Positions 46,229 through 55,231 of a stretch of DNA of 64,000 nt are shown here, in pieces. Numbering within the stretch: the stretch's first letter is position 1; every line of letters begins with the position of its first letter. Below the pieces are notes generated by a model that saw only the letters and a list, made by a program, of their open reading frames with translations, was not told the DNA's origin and searched no databases. A program made the translations under genes and the position numbers. The DNA lies in contig CAZSEX010000003.1 of assembly GCA_964606065.1 (NCBI GenBank), positions 49,245-113,244 of the forward strand, read 5' to 3'. Source of the stretch: an uncultured bacterium (GTDB lineage: Bacteria > Hydrothermota > UBA3072).

Positions 46229-47353
46229 CTACGATTCTTTTTTATCAAACCTTTTATCACTTTTCCCTCCTCGACCTTTCATTTTCCTTGTTTTATTTTT
46301 GAATAGAATATTAAACGTTGTGCCCTTGTTGGGGGTGCTTTCGATTTTTATTTCTCCCGAGTGTTCTTCTATCACTTTCTTAACAACTGTCATCCCCAGA
46401 CCGGTACCTTTTTTGCCGTGAGTGAAAAAAGGTTCGAAAATTCTGCTTATTATCTCCGTGGACATTCCGATACCGTTATCCCGAACGAAAAGTTTTATTC
46501 CTGTTTCGGTCTTTTCCGCTCCCAGTTCGATTTTTCCTTTTTCTTTTATTGCTTCTCTCGCGTTTTTCAAAAGATTTAACAGAACCCTTTTCATTTTGAA
46601 TGGGTCAAGTTCGTAAAAAAGATTTTCACACGGCAGAATTACTATTTCTATTTCTTTCCCATCGGAAGTTTTACCAAACAGTTCTACAACTTCTTTGAGA
46701 TACTGATAAATGTCGATCGCCCGGAAATCCAGCGAACCTCTGTCTCTACCGAATTCAAGGATATCTTCTATCATCTCGAAAGAGAAATCCACAGAATTGC
46801 CGATAGATTTTGCGTATTTCTTTATCCTCTCGTCGTTACTTATATCCTCTAAAATATCAGCGTATCCCTTGATAGCTGAAAGAGGTGATTTTAAATCGTG
46901 AATTATAGTTGCTCCGAGTTTTTCGATGGTCGCGAGTCGTTCTTCCCGAAGGGCTTTTTCCACAACTTTATCATTGATGTTACGCAGCCTGTTTGAAAGT
47001 ATTTGAAAAAGGCTGACGACAATGTTAGGATACTTTGCAAAAAGTTTATAAAAATCTTTTATGTCGCTCTTGTAAAGAACGGTTTTTTCTGCCGCTGTTA
47101 CGGTAGCCGAACGCGAACTTTCAATAAGTGACATTTCGCCAATAATGTCTCCGGGTTTAAGCTCTGCTAATAGCTCTCCCCTTTTTTTTACCAGAGCATA
47201 TCCTTCTTTTACAATAAAAAGTTCTTCACCGGGTTCGTCTTCTTTAACTATTACTTCGTTTTTTTTAAAAGTAATTTCTTCGAAGATTTTTTCGAGTGCG
47301 GCAGTTTCTTTTTCTCCTATTCCTGTAAAAGCCTTTTTCAACAAATTCCTCAT
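46229..47353 (-). CDS. Cyclic-nucleotide-binding domain sensor histidine kinase (cNMP-HisKA-HATPase)
   Basis: N-terminal CAP-family cNMP-binding domain (FIVKEGYALVKK...LKPGDIIGEMSLIESSRSATVTA), H-box IIHDLKSPLSAIKGYADIL, and G1/G2 boxes VRDNGIGM and GTGLGMTVV. Confidence 0.75.
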   Translation of the reverse strand: MRNLLKKAFTGIGEKETAALEKIFEEITFKKNEVIVKEDEPGEELFIVKEGYALVKKRGELLAELKPGDIIGEMSLIESSRSATVTAAEKTVLYKSDIKDFYKLFAKYPNIVVSLFQILSNRLRNINDKVVEKALREERLATIEKLGATIIHDLKSPLSAIKGYADILEDISNDERIKKYAKSIGNSVDFSFEMIEDILEFGRDRGSLDFRAIDIYQYLKEVVELFGKTSDGKEIEIVILPCENLFYELDPFKMKRVLLNLLKNAREAIKEKGKIELGAEKTETGIKLFVRDNGIGMSTEIISRIFEPFFTHGKKGTGLGMTVVKKVIEEHSGEIKIESTPNKGTTFNILFKNKTRKMKGRGGKSDKRFDKKES

Positions 47354-47490
47354 ACTTTAAAAATAATCTCAGGCTGTTAAATGTCAACGATAATGGTTCT
47401 TGCGAGCCGTTATAAGATAGACCGGTTTTTTTACTAATTTGAAATCTGTTTTTTGGTAGAAATTATTTGACGATGTCTTTGTTGTTAAAA

Positions 47491-48180
47491 TTAGTTTCTT
47501 ATTTCTACTATCTCCGCGCACTCCTCTAAAATCAGAGAGGTTTCTTTTATGTATCCGTCCGGATAAGATTTTATATCCGAAAACTCGGGAGAAAGAGTTT
47601 TGACATTTCTAAAATTCTGAAGAACAAATTTTTTGACTGGCCCTATTTCTTCGCAAATCTTTTTAACATCTTCTTTGTCCACGATTCCGGGTACCATCGT
47701 GGTTCTAAACTCATAACTTTTTGTTTCTTTTATAATTTCGATACTTTTTTCTATGTCTTTGAATGCAGCTTTGTCCCCGGTGGCAAGAGGATATTTTAGG
47801 GGCGAAGTTTTTACGTCCATTGCGATATAATCGATAAAAGGTAGAACTTCCTTTAGTTTCTCTGGCTGCGTTCCGTTTGTGTCTAATTTTATGTCGATGT
47901 TTACTTCGTCTTTAATCCTTGTGAAAAACCCCTTTAGTTTTTTCGATAGAAGAGGTTCTCCTCCGGTAAAAGCGACCCCGTCAATAAAACCTTTCCTGTT
48001 TTTTAATTCTTCAATTATTTTACTCTGTGAAATATCCGGGATTTCTTTTAGGAGTTCAGGTAATACAAGATCAAGGTTATGACAATACGGGCATCTTAAA
48101 TTACAACCTCCTATGAAAACTACCGAGGAAATTTTGCCGGGAAACTCTATAACGCTGGTTCCCAAAAAAGATTTAATCAT
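47491..48180 (-). CDS. nrdG: Anaerobic ribonucleoside-triphosphate reductase activating protein (radical SAM)
   Basis: CNLRCPYCHN radical-SAM cluster motif. It lies immediately downstream of nrdD. Confidence 0.85.
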   Translation of the reverse strand: MIKSFLGTSVIEFPGKISSVVFIGGCNLRCPYCHNLDLVLPELLKEIPDISQSKIIEELKNRKGFIDGVAFTGGEPLLSKKLKGFFTRIKDEVNIDIKLDTNGTQPEKLKEVLPFIDYIAMDVKTSPLKYPLATGDKAAFKDIEKSIEIIKETKSYEFRTTMVPGIVDKEDVKKICEEIGPVKKFVLQNFRNVKTLSPEFSDIKSYPDGYIKETSLILEECAEIVEIRN

Positions 48181-48187
48181 GTCAGCT

Positions 48188-48361
48188 TTATTGTTTTTCC
48201 GTTTTCAAATATTTTCTTTCTTTAAACTCTTCCTTTTTCCCTTCATTCCAGTCTTGGACAGGTCTGTAGTATCCGACTACACGGGAATATACTTCGGCTC
48301 TTATTGCGCGGACTTTTTTACTACCGTTTTCATTATCCAGTGTGTTTTTTTCTTTTTCCAT
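48188..48361 (-). CDS. Stand-alone glycyl-radical module of class III RNR (57 aa)
   Basis: Manual minus-strand translation gives MEKEKNTLDNENGSKKVRAIRAEVYSRVVGYYRPVQDWNEGKKEEFKERKYLKTEKQ. RVVGY...WNEGKKEE matches the NrdD C-terminal glycyl-radical motif (RVxGY...RWNxGKxxE). It has its own SD AGGGAGGG 9 nt upstream of the ATG. Confidence 0.5.
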   Translation of the reverse strand: MEKEKNTLDNENGSKKVRAIRAEVYSRVVGYYRPVQDWNEGKKEEFKERKYLKTEKQ

Positions 48362-48377
48362 TTTGTTTTTCCCTCCC

Positions 48378-50501
48378 TTAATTTGCTTTGTTTAAAAAAA
48401 CCTGCAGGGTTTCTTTTTCTTCCTCTTGGGGAAGCTCGTCTTCGATTCTTTTATACGATCCTTCCTTCATGGTTTTTAAAGTTTCTTCACTTAGCTCGAC
48501 AGTTTGTCCGAATTCTTCTAATTCTTCATCGGTATGAGGATAAGGACAGTAGAAGTGTTCTCCAGGTACATACCCGTGAACAGGGCATATTGAAAAAGTG
48601 GGAGTGAAACTGAAATAAGGAAGAGAAAATCTGTTGACTATTTTTCTGGTAAGATCCCGTACTGTTCTCCAATCCGTTATAGCTTCTCCGAGGAAAATGT
48701 GGACGACGGTTCCTCCGGTGAATAAAATCTGAAGAGGATCCTGATGTTCCAGAACGATGAAGGCATCATCGACTTCGTTGACTGGAGGATGCACTGAATT
48801 CGTGTAATAGGGAGCATCGGTTCCTTTTGTGTAAATATCGGGGAACCGCTCTTTGTCCTTTCTTGCCAGACGGTAAGAAGCGCTTTCTGCCGGCGAAGCT
48901 TCCAGGTTATATAAGTTCCCTGTTTCCTCCTGGAATTCCAAGAGCTTATTAGACATAAATTTAAGTATATTCTCAGCCCATTCTTTTCCTTCCCGGGACA
49001 AAACCCCTTTTCCGAACATGTTTACGCAGGCTTCATTGGTTCCTATCAAACCTATTGTCGAAAAATGATTATCCCAGTAAGAACCGGAAGTTTCTTTAAT
49101 AATTCTTAAGTAATGTTTTGTGTAAGGATACAGCCCTTCTTCCGTAAAATCTTCTACAATTTTTCTCTTAAGTTCTAAAGATTCCTTTGCGGTTTCCATA
49201 ACATTGGAGAGCCTATCAAAGAACTCATCATTATTATTAGAAAGATAGGCTATTCTGGGGAGATTTATGGTTACAACGCCTATACTGCCTGTCATTGGAT
49301 TGGAACCAAAAAGACCTCCTCCTCTTTTTCGGAGCTCTCTATTGTCTAATCTCAACCGGCAGCACATACTCCGTGCGTCTTCGGGATCCATATCCGATGA
49401 GACAAAATTACTAAAATAAGGTATTCCGTATTTACCTGTCATTTCCCATAGAGGTATAAGTTCCTCGTTTTCCCAGTCGAAGTCTTTTGTTATATTATAA
49501 GTAGGAATGGGAAAAGTAAAAATTCTCCCTTTAGCGTCTCCCGCCATCATTAATTCGGCGAGGGCTCTGTTAATCATATTCATTTCTTTTTGGAAGTCTC
49601 CGTATGTTTCATTTTTCTCCCTACCCCCGATTATAACTTTTGTTTCTTTGAAGCTCTCTGGAACTTTCAGGTCCAGAGTGATATTCGAGAAAGGTGTTTG
49701 GAACCCTACTCTCGTAGGCACATTGATATTAAATAGGAATTCCTGCAATGCTTGTTTTGTATCTGAATAATCCAGATTGTCAAAGCGAATAAAGGGAGCC
49801 AGAAGTGTGTCGAAATTGGAAAACGCCTGTGCTCCTGCCGCTTCTCCCTGAAGGGTATAAATAAAATTGACGACCTGCCCGAGCGCGCTTCTTAAGTGTT
49901 TCGCGGGAGAGGACTCAACTTTTCCGCTCATACCCCTGAACCCATCCTTTAAAAGATCCATCAAGTCCCAGCCCACACAGTAAGGTCCGAGTATGCCGAG
50001 ATCATGAATGTGAAAATCGCCGCTGCTGTGCGCTTCTCTTATTCGAGGGCTGTAGATTTTGCCGAGCCAGTACCTGGCGGTTACCGAAGAAGACACATAA
50101 AAATTTAGACCCTGAAGAGAAAAGTTCATATTGGAGTTTTCGTGAACTCTCCAATCTTCCTTTTTTAAATATTTTCCCATAATGCCTTCGACATCTTTAA
50201 AAACATCTTCAACTTTGCGGGCTTCGTTTCTCTTTTCTCGGTAAAGGATGTAGGCTCTGGCAACGTCCGGTAGTTTTCTTAACATTAGAGTTTCTTCCAC
50301 ATAATTTTGTATTTCTTCGACTGTGGGAATATTTCCCAGTCTGAAGAAATTCATATAAAGCGAGGTTTCTACCTGATTGGTTATGGCGGTGGCGTTTTCT
50401 TTTACGCCTATTGCTTTCAACGCTTTTGAAATCGCAACGTTTATCTTTTTCTTGTTATAAGGGACAACGTTACCGGACCTTTTTCTAATAAGCCATTCCA
50501 T
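48378..50501 (-). CDS. nrdD: Anaerobic ribonucleoside-triphosphate reductase (class III) catalytic protein with N-terminal ATP-cone, lacking the glycyl-radical tail
   Basis: ATP-cone MEWLIRKRSGNVVPYNKKKINVAISKA, the NrdD core, and a C-terminal Zn-ribbon-like CPVHGYVPGEHFYCPYPH. It ends in an acidic tail with no RVxGY motif. Confidence 0.9.
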   Translation of the reverse strand: MEWLIRKRSGNVVPYNKKKINVAISKALKAIGVKENATAITNQVETSLYMNFFRLGNIPTVEEIQNYVEETLMLRKLPDVARAYILYREKRNEARKVEDVFKDVEGIMGKYLKKEDWRVHENSNMNFSLQGLNFYVSSSVTARYWLGKIYSPRIREAHSSGDFHIHDLGILGPYCVGWDLMDLLKDGFRGMSGKVESSPAKHLRSALGQVVNFIYTLQGEAAGAQAFSNFDTLLAPFIRFDNLDYSDTKQALQEFLFNINVPTRVGFQTPFSNITLDLKVPESFKETKVIIGGREKNETYGDFQKEMNMINRALAELMMAGDAKGRIFTFPIPTYNITKDFDWENEELIPLWEMTGKYGIPYFSNFVSSDMDPEDARSMCCRLRLDNRELRKRGGGLFGSNPMTGSIGVVTINLPRIAYLSNNNDEFFDRLSNVMETAKESLELKRKIVEDFTEEGLYPYTKHYLRIIKETSGSYWDNHFSTIGLIGTNEACVNMFGKGVLSREGKEWAENILKFMSNKLLEFQEETGNLYNLEASPAESASYRLARKDKERFPDIYTKGTDAPYYTNSVHPPVNEVDDAFIVLEHQDPLQILFTGGTVVHIFLGEAITDWRTVRDLTRKIVNRFSLPYFSFTPTFSICPVHGYVPGEHFYCPYPHTDEELEEFGQTVELSEETLKTMKEGSYKRIEDELPQEEEKETLQVFLNKAN

Positions 50502-50746
50502 TAAATACCCTCCTTTAAGTGAAACGCAAACATTATTTTAAACGGAGAAACAAAGCCTTTACTTTTTTCGTATAACGAAAAAACCCGATATTGGCAACCA
50601 TTAATGAACAAAGATTCAAATTTCGCATTTTGTGTATCTGTATTTTATATTAAAAAAACAGCCTTATAAGTCAAGGGGCATTATTAACTTTTTTTTAAAA
50701 AAAACACAAATCTTGACTTTGCTGTTTCTTATGTTAATGTAAAAGA

Positions 50747-51340
50747 ATGAGCACCTTAAGCAAATATATTATCATAAGAAAATCGTTGCATCTCTCGACG
50801 GCTTTAGTTCCTATTGTTTATATTTTTACTCCCGGAGCTACTGTGGTTGTAAGCCTTTTTTTTCTTGCTTTTTTTTCTTTAATTATCGATTTTCTTAGAT
50901 TGAAGATAAAGCCGATAAGAAATTTTTTTGACCGTTATTTAGGAAAATTATTCTGGGAAAAAGAAAGAAATACTTTAACAGCCGCCACTCACTATGCGGT
51001 TGCAGCTTTCCTTACTGTTTATTTTTTTGATAAATGGATAGCTATCGCGGTGTTGCTTTTTCTCGCTTTCGGAGACACGGCTGCGCATGTAATCGGAGTA
51101 CGCTGGGGAAGGAATCGCATCGGTTCAAAACAATCGGAGAAAACAATCGAAGGTAGTTTTGCGTGTATTGTTATTTGCCTTAGCATTTCTTTTCTTTTGC
51201 CTCAACCCGATTTGTTTGTTCTTTTTGTCGGTTCGGTCGTGGCTTCTCTGGTGGAGTTTTTCCCTTTCGGAATCGACGACAATTTTACTCTTCCTATTAT
51301 ATCCGGAGCGGCAATGGAAATTATGGTTAAACTTTTCTAA
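50747..51340 (+). CDS. CTP-dependent lipid kinase / CdsA-like family membrane protein (dolichol/phytol kinase-like)
   Basis: N-terminal RKSLHL motif, six TM helices and a KTIEGSFA motif resembling the CTP_transf_1 family. Confidence 0.5.
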   Translation: MSTLSKYIIIRKSLHLSTALVPIVYIFTPGATVVVSLFFLAFFSLIIDFLRLKIKPIRNFFDRYLGKLFWEKERNTLTAATHYAVAAFLTVYFFDKWIAIAVLLFLAFGDTAAHVIGVRWGRNRIGSKQSEKTIEGSFACIVICLSISFLLPQPDLFVLFVGSVVASLVEFFPFGIDDNFTLPIISGAAMEIMVKLF

Positions 51341-51361
51341 AATTTGAATCTTCCGGTACTG

Positions 51362-51395
51362 AAAAAAAGCCCATATCGAGAAAAAGGATATGGGC
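51362..51395 (-). terminator. Rho-independent terminator (perfect 9-bp stem) for the minus-strand outer-membrane protein gene
   Basis: gcccatatc, gagaaaaag, gatatgggc. The A run on the plus strand becomes a U tract on the minus strand. Confidence 0.55.
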
Positions 51396-51425
51396 TACAA
51401 TGAAGAAAGTTTAAAGAGGATAATA

Positions 51426-52535
51426 TTATCTATAACTCACAGATAAATTAAAGTGATTCTCTTCTCTTAAGGAAGGTTCCTTTTTTATCAGTGTGCTGCT
51501 TGATGCCGAGAGATTCAGAACGATTCTTCCAAAATCTAATCCTAATCCTCCGGTAAGAAAGACCTGATCATAACTATCCTCGCCAAAGGTAGGCGAAGTT
51601 ACAAATGTTATCGGAGCCGGATTGGTGTAAAAACCTGCGCTGATAGACAAACAATCATTGAGTTTGTATTGTCCGCCGAGATGTATTCTGATTATATTTC
51701 TAAAATTGTCTGAATCCCATGCCTCTCCGGAATAGGCTAATTTCCAGTGCATATACTCGCCTGACAGGTTCATATATATTCTGTTTCTTATATTTATCCC
51801 GGTTCCAAAGCCCAATACGAGAGGCAACCCTTCGCCGGATTCAGCCGAAGATACTGTGCCGCTATGATTTTCTTTGTAGGCTTTCCCAAAACCTTTCTTA
51901 ATAAGAGCGCCAAAAGAAAAAATATCGTTTGCCTTATATTGCAAACCCAGGCTGGGTTCGATACCGTATTTATCCAGACTATAATAATAACCGCTATAAA
52001 CGGTATCGGCGGTTTTAAAAGACGAGCTGGAACGCATCCAGAATACAGCTATATTTAATCCCACAGAAAACTTACCGTTTATTTTTTTGGCAATTGTTGG
52101 ATTTAAAGAGTAAAACCTTATCGCATCAGATTCTTCTGCGGGAATAGACCTGAATCCATCAGGGGTAGATGAGTCGGGGACCGTAACTGTTGATGAATCT
52201 TGTTGCGCGACCATATAAGGAACAGATAGAGACATGCTCATAAAAAGATCCTTTTTAAACGGAAATGCGACACCCAGATAATCGGGAAAAGCATAATCCG
52301 TTGAAGCGGTATCCTGCGGAATGCCGACAAAAGACATCTTTCCTTTTGTTAACTTATAACCCGCAAAAACATTAAACTTTTCGGCGCCCGCAAAGGCGGC
52401 AGGATTATACAAACCGCATTCGATGTTATTATATAAGCCCACGGGAGCGCCTCCTATACCAAGAGAATAACCTCCTATGTCATTCGACTGATAGTAGCAA
52501 CCATAAGCAAAAACACACAAAGAAAAAAACCACAT
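51426..52535 (-). CDS. Outer-membrane beta-barrel transport protein, FadL/OmpP1-like
   Basis: Signal peptide, an N-terminal NPA motif (GLYNPAAFAG), and alternating amphipathic beta-strand pattern throughout. Confidence 0.4.
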   Translation of the reverse strand: MWFFSLCVFAYGCYYQSNDIGGYSLGIGGAPVGLYNNIECGLYNPAAFAGAEKFNVFAGYKLTKGKMSFVGIPQDTASTDYAFPDYLGVAFPFKKDLFMSMSLSVPYMVAQQDSSTVTVPDSSTPDGFRSIPAEESDAIRFYSLNPTIAKKINGKFSVGLNIAVFWMRSSSSFKTADTVYSGYYYSLDKYGIEPSLGLQYKANDIFSFGALIKKGFGKAYKENHSGTVSSAESGEGLPLVLGFGTGINIRNRIYMNLSGEYMHWKLAYSGEAWDSDNFRNIIRIHLGGQYKLNDCLSISAGFYTNPAPITFVTSPTFGEDSYDQVFLTGGLGLDFGRIVLNLSASSSTLIKKEPSLREENHFNLSVSYR

Positions 52536-52838
52536 AATATACCCCCTTTTTTATTTTTAACAAAAAAAACATTCTTAAAAGTATAACCGTAGCATAGGTG
52601 TTTTTTATACCTCAAAGTACTTTGTTGTTAAAAGCAATATACTTCTTTCTTGGATTTTGTCAAGGGCTTTTATTTTTTTGTAGATTAAATGACTTGTTTA
52701 TGCAGTCGTTCTGTTGTATCTGTCTTTCCGGGCGGTATTTCCTTTGGGGGTAGGAGTCTTGAGGTTGAAAATCTTTTTTTTGTAGGTAAAAAGCGGGTCA
52801 AAGGGTTTTTACGATTCCGGGAGCCTTTGGTGTGCCTC

Positions 52839-52866
52839 TTGACATATATGGAAATAAAATTATACT
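52839..52866 (+). promoter_or_regulatory. Sigma70-like promoter within the 430-nt intergenic region
   Basis: TTGACA, 16 nt, then TATACT. It would give a 5' UTR of about 95 nt for the Zn-ribbon ORF. Confidence 0.45.
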
Positions 52867-52968
52867 TTATGTAAGAAAGGTGTTGCCGATTAAGACGGAG
52901 AACGGAGAGGAATTGTTTATTGTAGTAGGCGAATGTTTACAATTTAAAACTAACAAAGGGAGGAGGAA

Positions 52969-53178
52969 GTGGATCTACCTATGCAGTATCCCAAGTGTCA
53001 AAAATGCAATTTTGGCGTGCTTGTACCTCTGTCTGATTACGGACAGGGAGGAGCATCCATACCATACAAAGCCTGGGTTTGCACAAATCCTGATTGTCAT
53101 TTTCACATCAGGATCGATAACGGGGAGCTCAGCTATGGTACGGATATAGGTATAAGCCAGAAGCAACAAAAAAGTTAA
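52969..53178 (+). CDS. Small zinc-ribbon protein of unknown function
   Basis: CxxC (PKCQKC) and CxxxxC (CTNPDC) motifs. SD aaagggaggagg precedes the GTG. Confidence 0.5.
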   Translation: MDLPMQYPKCQKCNFGVLVPLSDYGQGGASIPYKAWVCTNPDCHFHIRIDNGELSYGTDIGISQKQQKS

Positions 53179-53193
53179 ATATTTAAAAACATA

Positions 53194-54732
53194 TTGGAGC
53201 TTTCAAGGGTCTTTTCCTGTGCGCTTCAAGGAATTGAAGCAAAAATCGTTGAAGTTGAAGTAAGTCTTTCAAGAGGACTACCATCTTTTACGATAGTGGG
53301 TCTGCCGGAAACAGCGGTTAAAGAATCAAGGGAAAGAGTCGAAGCGGCAATAAAAAGTATGAGTTTTGAATTCCCGGTAAAGAAAATAACCGTTAATCTT
53401 GCTCCAGCTGATATAAGAAAGGAAGGGACTTCGCTTGATCTTCCAATAGCACTCGGTATTTTAGCCGCTTCCGGTCAGATTGACCCCGGGAGTTTAAAAA
53501 ATGCTCTAATTATTGGAGAGCTTGCTCTTGACGGGAGAATAAGAAGAGTAAAAGGGGTTTTGCCCGCTTCTATTCTGGCAAAAGAAAACAAAATAAAACG
53601 AATGGTTGTTCCCTTTTTGAATGCTGAAGAAGCGGGAGTTGTAAAGGGAGCGGAAATATATCCCGTCAATAATATAAAAGAGTGCATCGAGGTTTTAGAG
53701 GACGGACTCAGAGAACCTTTTGTTGTAGATCTGAATAAAATGTTCAGAGAAACATCGAAGTTTGAACTCGATTTTTCGGATGTTAAAGGCCAGGATGCGG
53801 CAAAAAGAGCGTTAGAAGTTGCTGTTGCCGGAGGACACAATGTTTTGATGATAGGTCCTCCCGGTTCAGGGAAAACAATGCTTTCGAAAAGGATTCCGAC
53901 AGTGTTGCCTTTAATGAGCATTGAAGAGGCTATTGAAACGACAAAGATTCATTCCGTGGCGGGAGTTTTACCTCCTAAAGTTTCTCTCGTAGCTAAACGA
54001 CCTTTTCGGTCGCCGCATCACACAATCTCATATGCCGGGCTCATTGGAGGGGGTACTTATCCTCAACCGGGGGAAGTTAGTATGGCTCACAACGGAATTT
54101 TATTTCTGGATGAGTTGCCGGAATTCAACAGGAATGTGCTTGAAGTGCTTCGCCAGCCTCTGGAAGATGGGTTTGTGACTATTTCCAGGGCTAAAAGTAC
54201 AATAACTTATCCTGCTCGTTTTATGCTAATAGGAGCTATGAATCCATGTCCCTGCGGGTATTTCGGGGACCCTTTTAGAGAGTGTACCTGCAGCCCTTCG
54301 AAGATAGACCGGTATCGTTCAAAAATTTCGGGACCTTTGCTTGACAGAATCGACATGCACATTACGGTGGGGAGAGTTAAGTACAAAGAAATTATGGATA
54401 TGAAAGAAGGAGAGAGTTCGGCATCTATCAGAGAAAGGATAGAAAAATGTCGTGGAATTCAGGAAGAAAGATATAAAAACGAAATCATATATTTTAACGC
54501 GCACCTCGATTCTAAAAAGATAAGGGAATATTGTTCAATAGGCGACAAAAGCAAGTCTCTTCTTAACGCTGCGATGGATAAATTCGGTTTTTCCGCGAGG
54601 GCAGTAGATAGAATTTTAAAAATGGCAAGGACTATTTCCGACCTGGAAGGAGAGGTAAATATACAATCGCAACACATAGCGGAGGCGATTCAGTACAGAA
54701 CCCTTGATAGGAAATTATGGTTGATGAAATAG
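53194..54732 (+). CDS. comM: Mg-chelatase-like AAA+ ATPase YifB/ComM family
   Basis: N-terminal Lon-like domain, Walker A GPPGSGKTM, MCM-like AAA core and the C-terminal ComM domain. Confidence 0.85.
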   Translation: MELSRVFSCALQGIEAKIVEVEVSLSRGLPSFTIVGLPETAVKESRERVEAAIKSMSFEFPVKKITVNLAPADIRKEGTSLDLPIALGILAASGQIDPGSLKNALIIGELALDGRIRRVKGVLPASILAKENKIKRMVVPFLNAEEAGVVKGAEIYPVNNIKECIEVLEDGLREPFVVDLNKMFRETSKFELDFSDVKGQDAAKRALEVAVAGGHNVLMIGPPGSGKTMLSKRIPTVLPLMSIEEAIETTKIHSVAGVLPPKVSLVAKRPFRSPHHTISYAGLIGGGTYPQPGEVSMAHNGILFLDELPEFNRNVLEVLRQPLEDGFVTISRAKSTITYPARFMLIGAMNPCPCGYFGDPFRECTCSPSKIDRYRSKISGPLLDRIDMHITVGRVKYKEIMDMKEGESSASIRERIEKCRGIQEERYKNEIIYFNAHLDSKKIREYCSIGDKSKSLLNAAMDKFGFSARAVDRILKMARTISDLEGEVNIQSQHIAEAIQYRTLDRKLWLMK

Positions 54733-54787
54733 TGCAGGTTTTTTTAAGGGGAACGAAAGACGTATTAAATGGGTCTAACAATTTATA

Positions 54788-55231
54788 GTGGAAAAAGATT
54801 GTAAAGGTACTAAAAACAATAAAGATATAGAAAAAATAAAGGATAATATTTCGCTTGAAGAATCTGAATCTAAAGGGAAAAGACTTTTACAGGTGTTATT
54901 TTTATTCGTTATAAGTGGAATTGTAATATCTTTAGGTATTTATTTAAGGTGGGATAAATGGATAATAGGTGTAGGGGTTTTTCTCTTTGGATTGGTATCA
55001 CAGGGCTGGTCGAGTCTTGTTTCTCTTCTGGGAGGAGTTCCTGTTATCGGGAACCTTTTAGTAAAATTTCTGGCTCTGCCTTTAATTTTTCTTGTTAATG
55101 GAATAGGAAACCTTTTAGCGTTTTTAGCTATTAAAATGGGATATAAAAGAGAAATAATGGATACAAGATTACTTACCTGGACCTTTGCCGGGGGGCTTTT
55201 GATAGGTTTCATAATAGGAGGATTAATATGA
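54788..55231 (+). CDS. Hypothetical membrane protein
   Basis: Three or four predicted TM helices. No known domain. Confidence 0.4.
   Translation: MEKDCKGTKNNKDIEKIKDNISLEESESKGKRLLQVLFLFVISGIVISLGIYLRWDKWIIGVGVFLFGLVSQGWSSLVSLLGGVPVIGNLLVKFLALPLIFLVNGIGNLLAFLAIKMGYKREIMDTRLLTWTFAGGLLIGFIIGGLI

Noticed and set aside
50502-50746. Possible NrdR box upstream of nrdD
   Set aside because: I found only weak partial palindromes (acaaagattcaaatttcgcattttgtgt) and no clear tandem 16-bp NrdR boxes. I cannot support it without a PWM scan.
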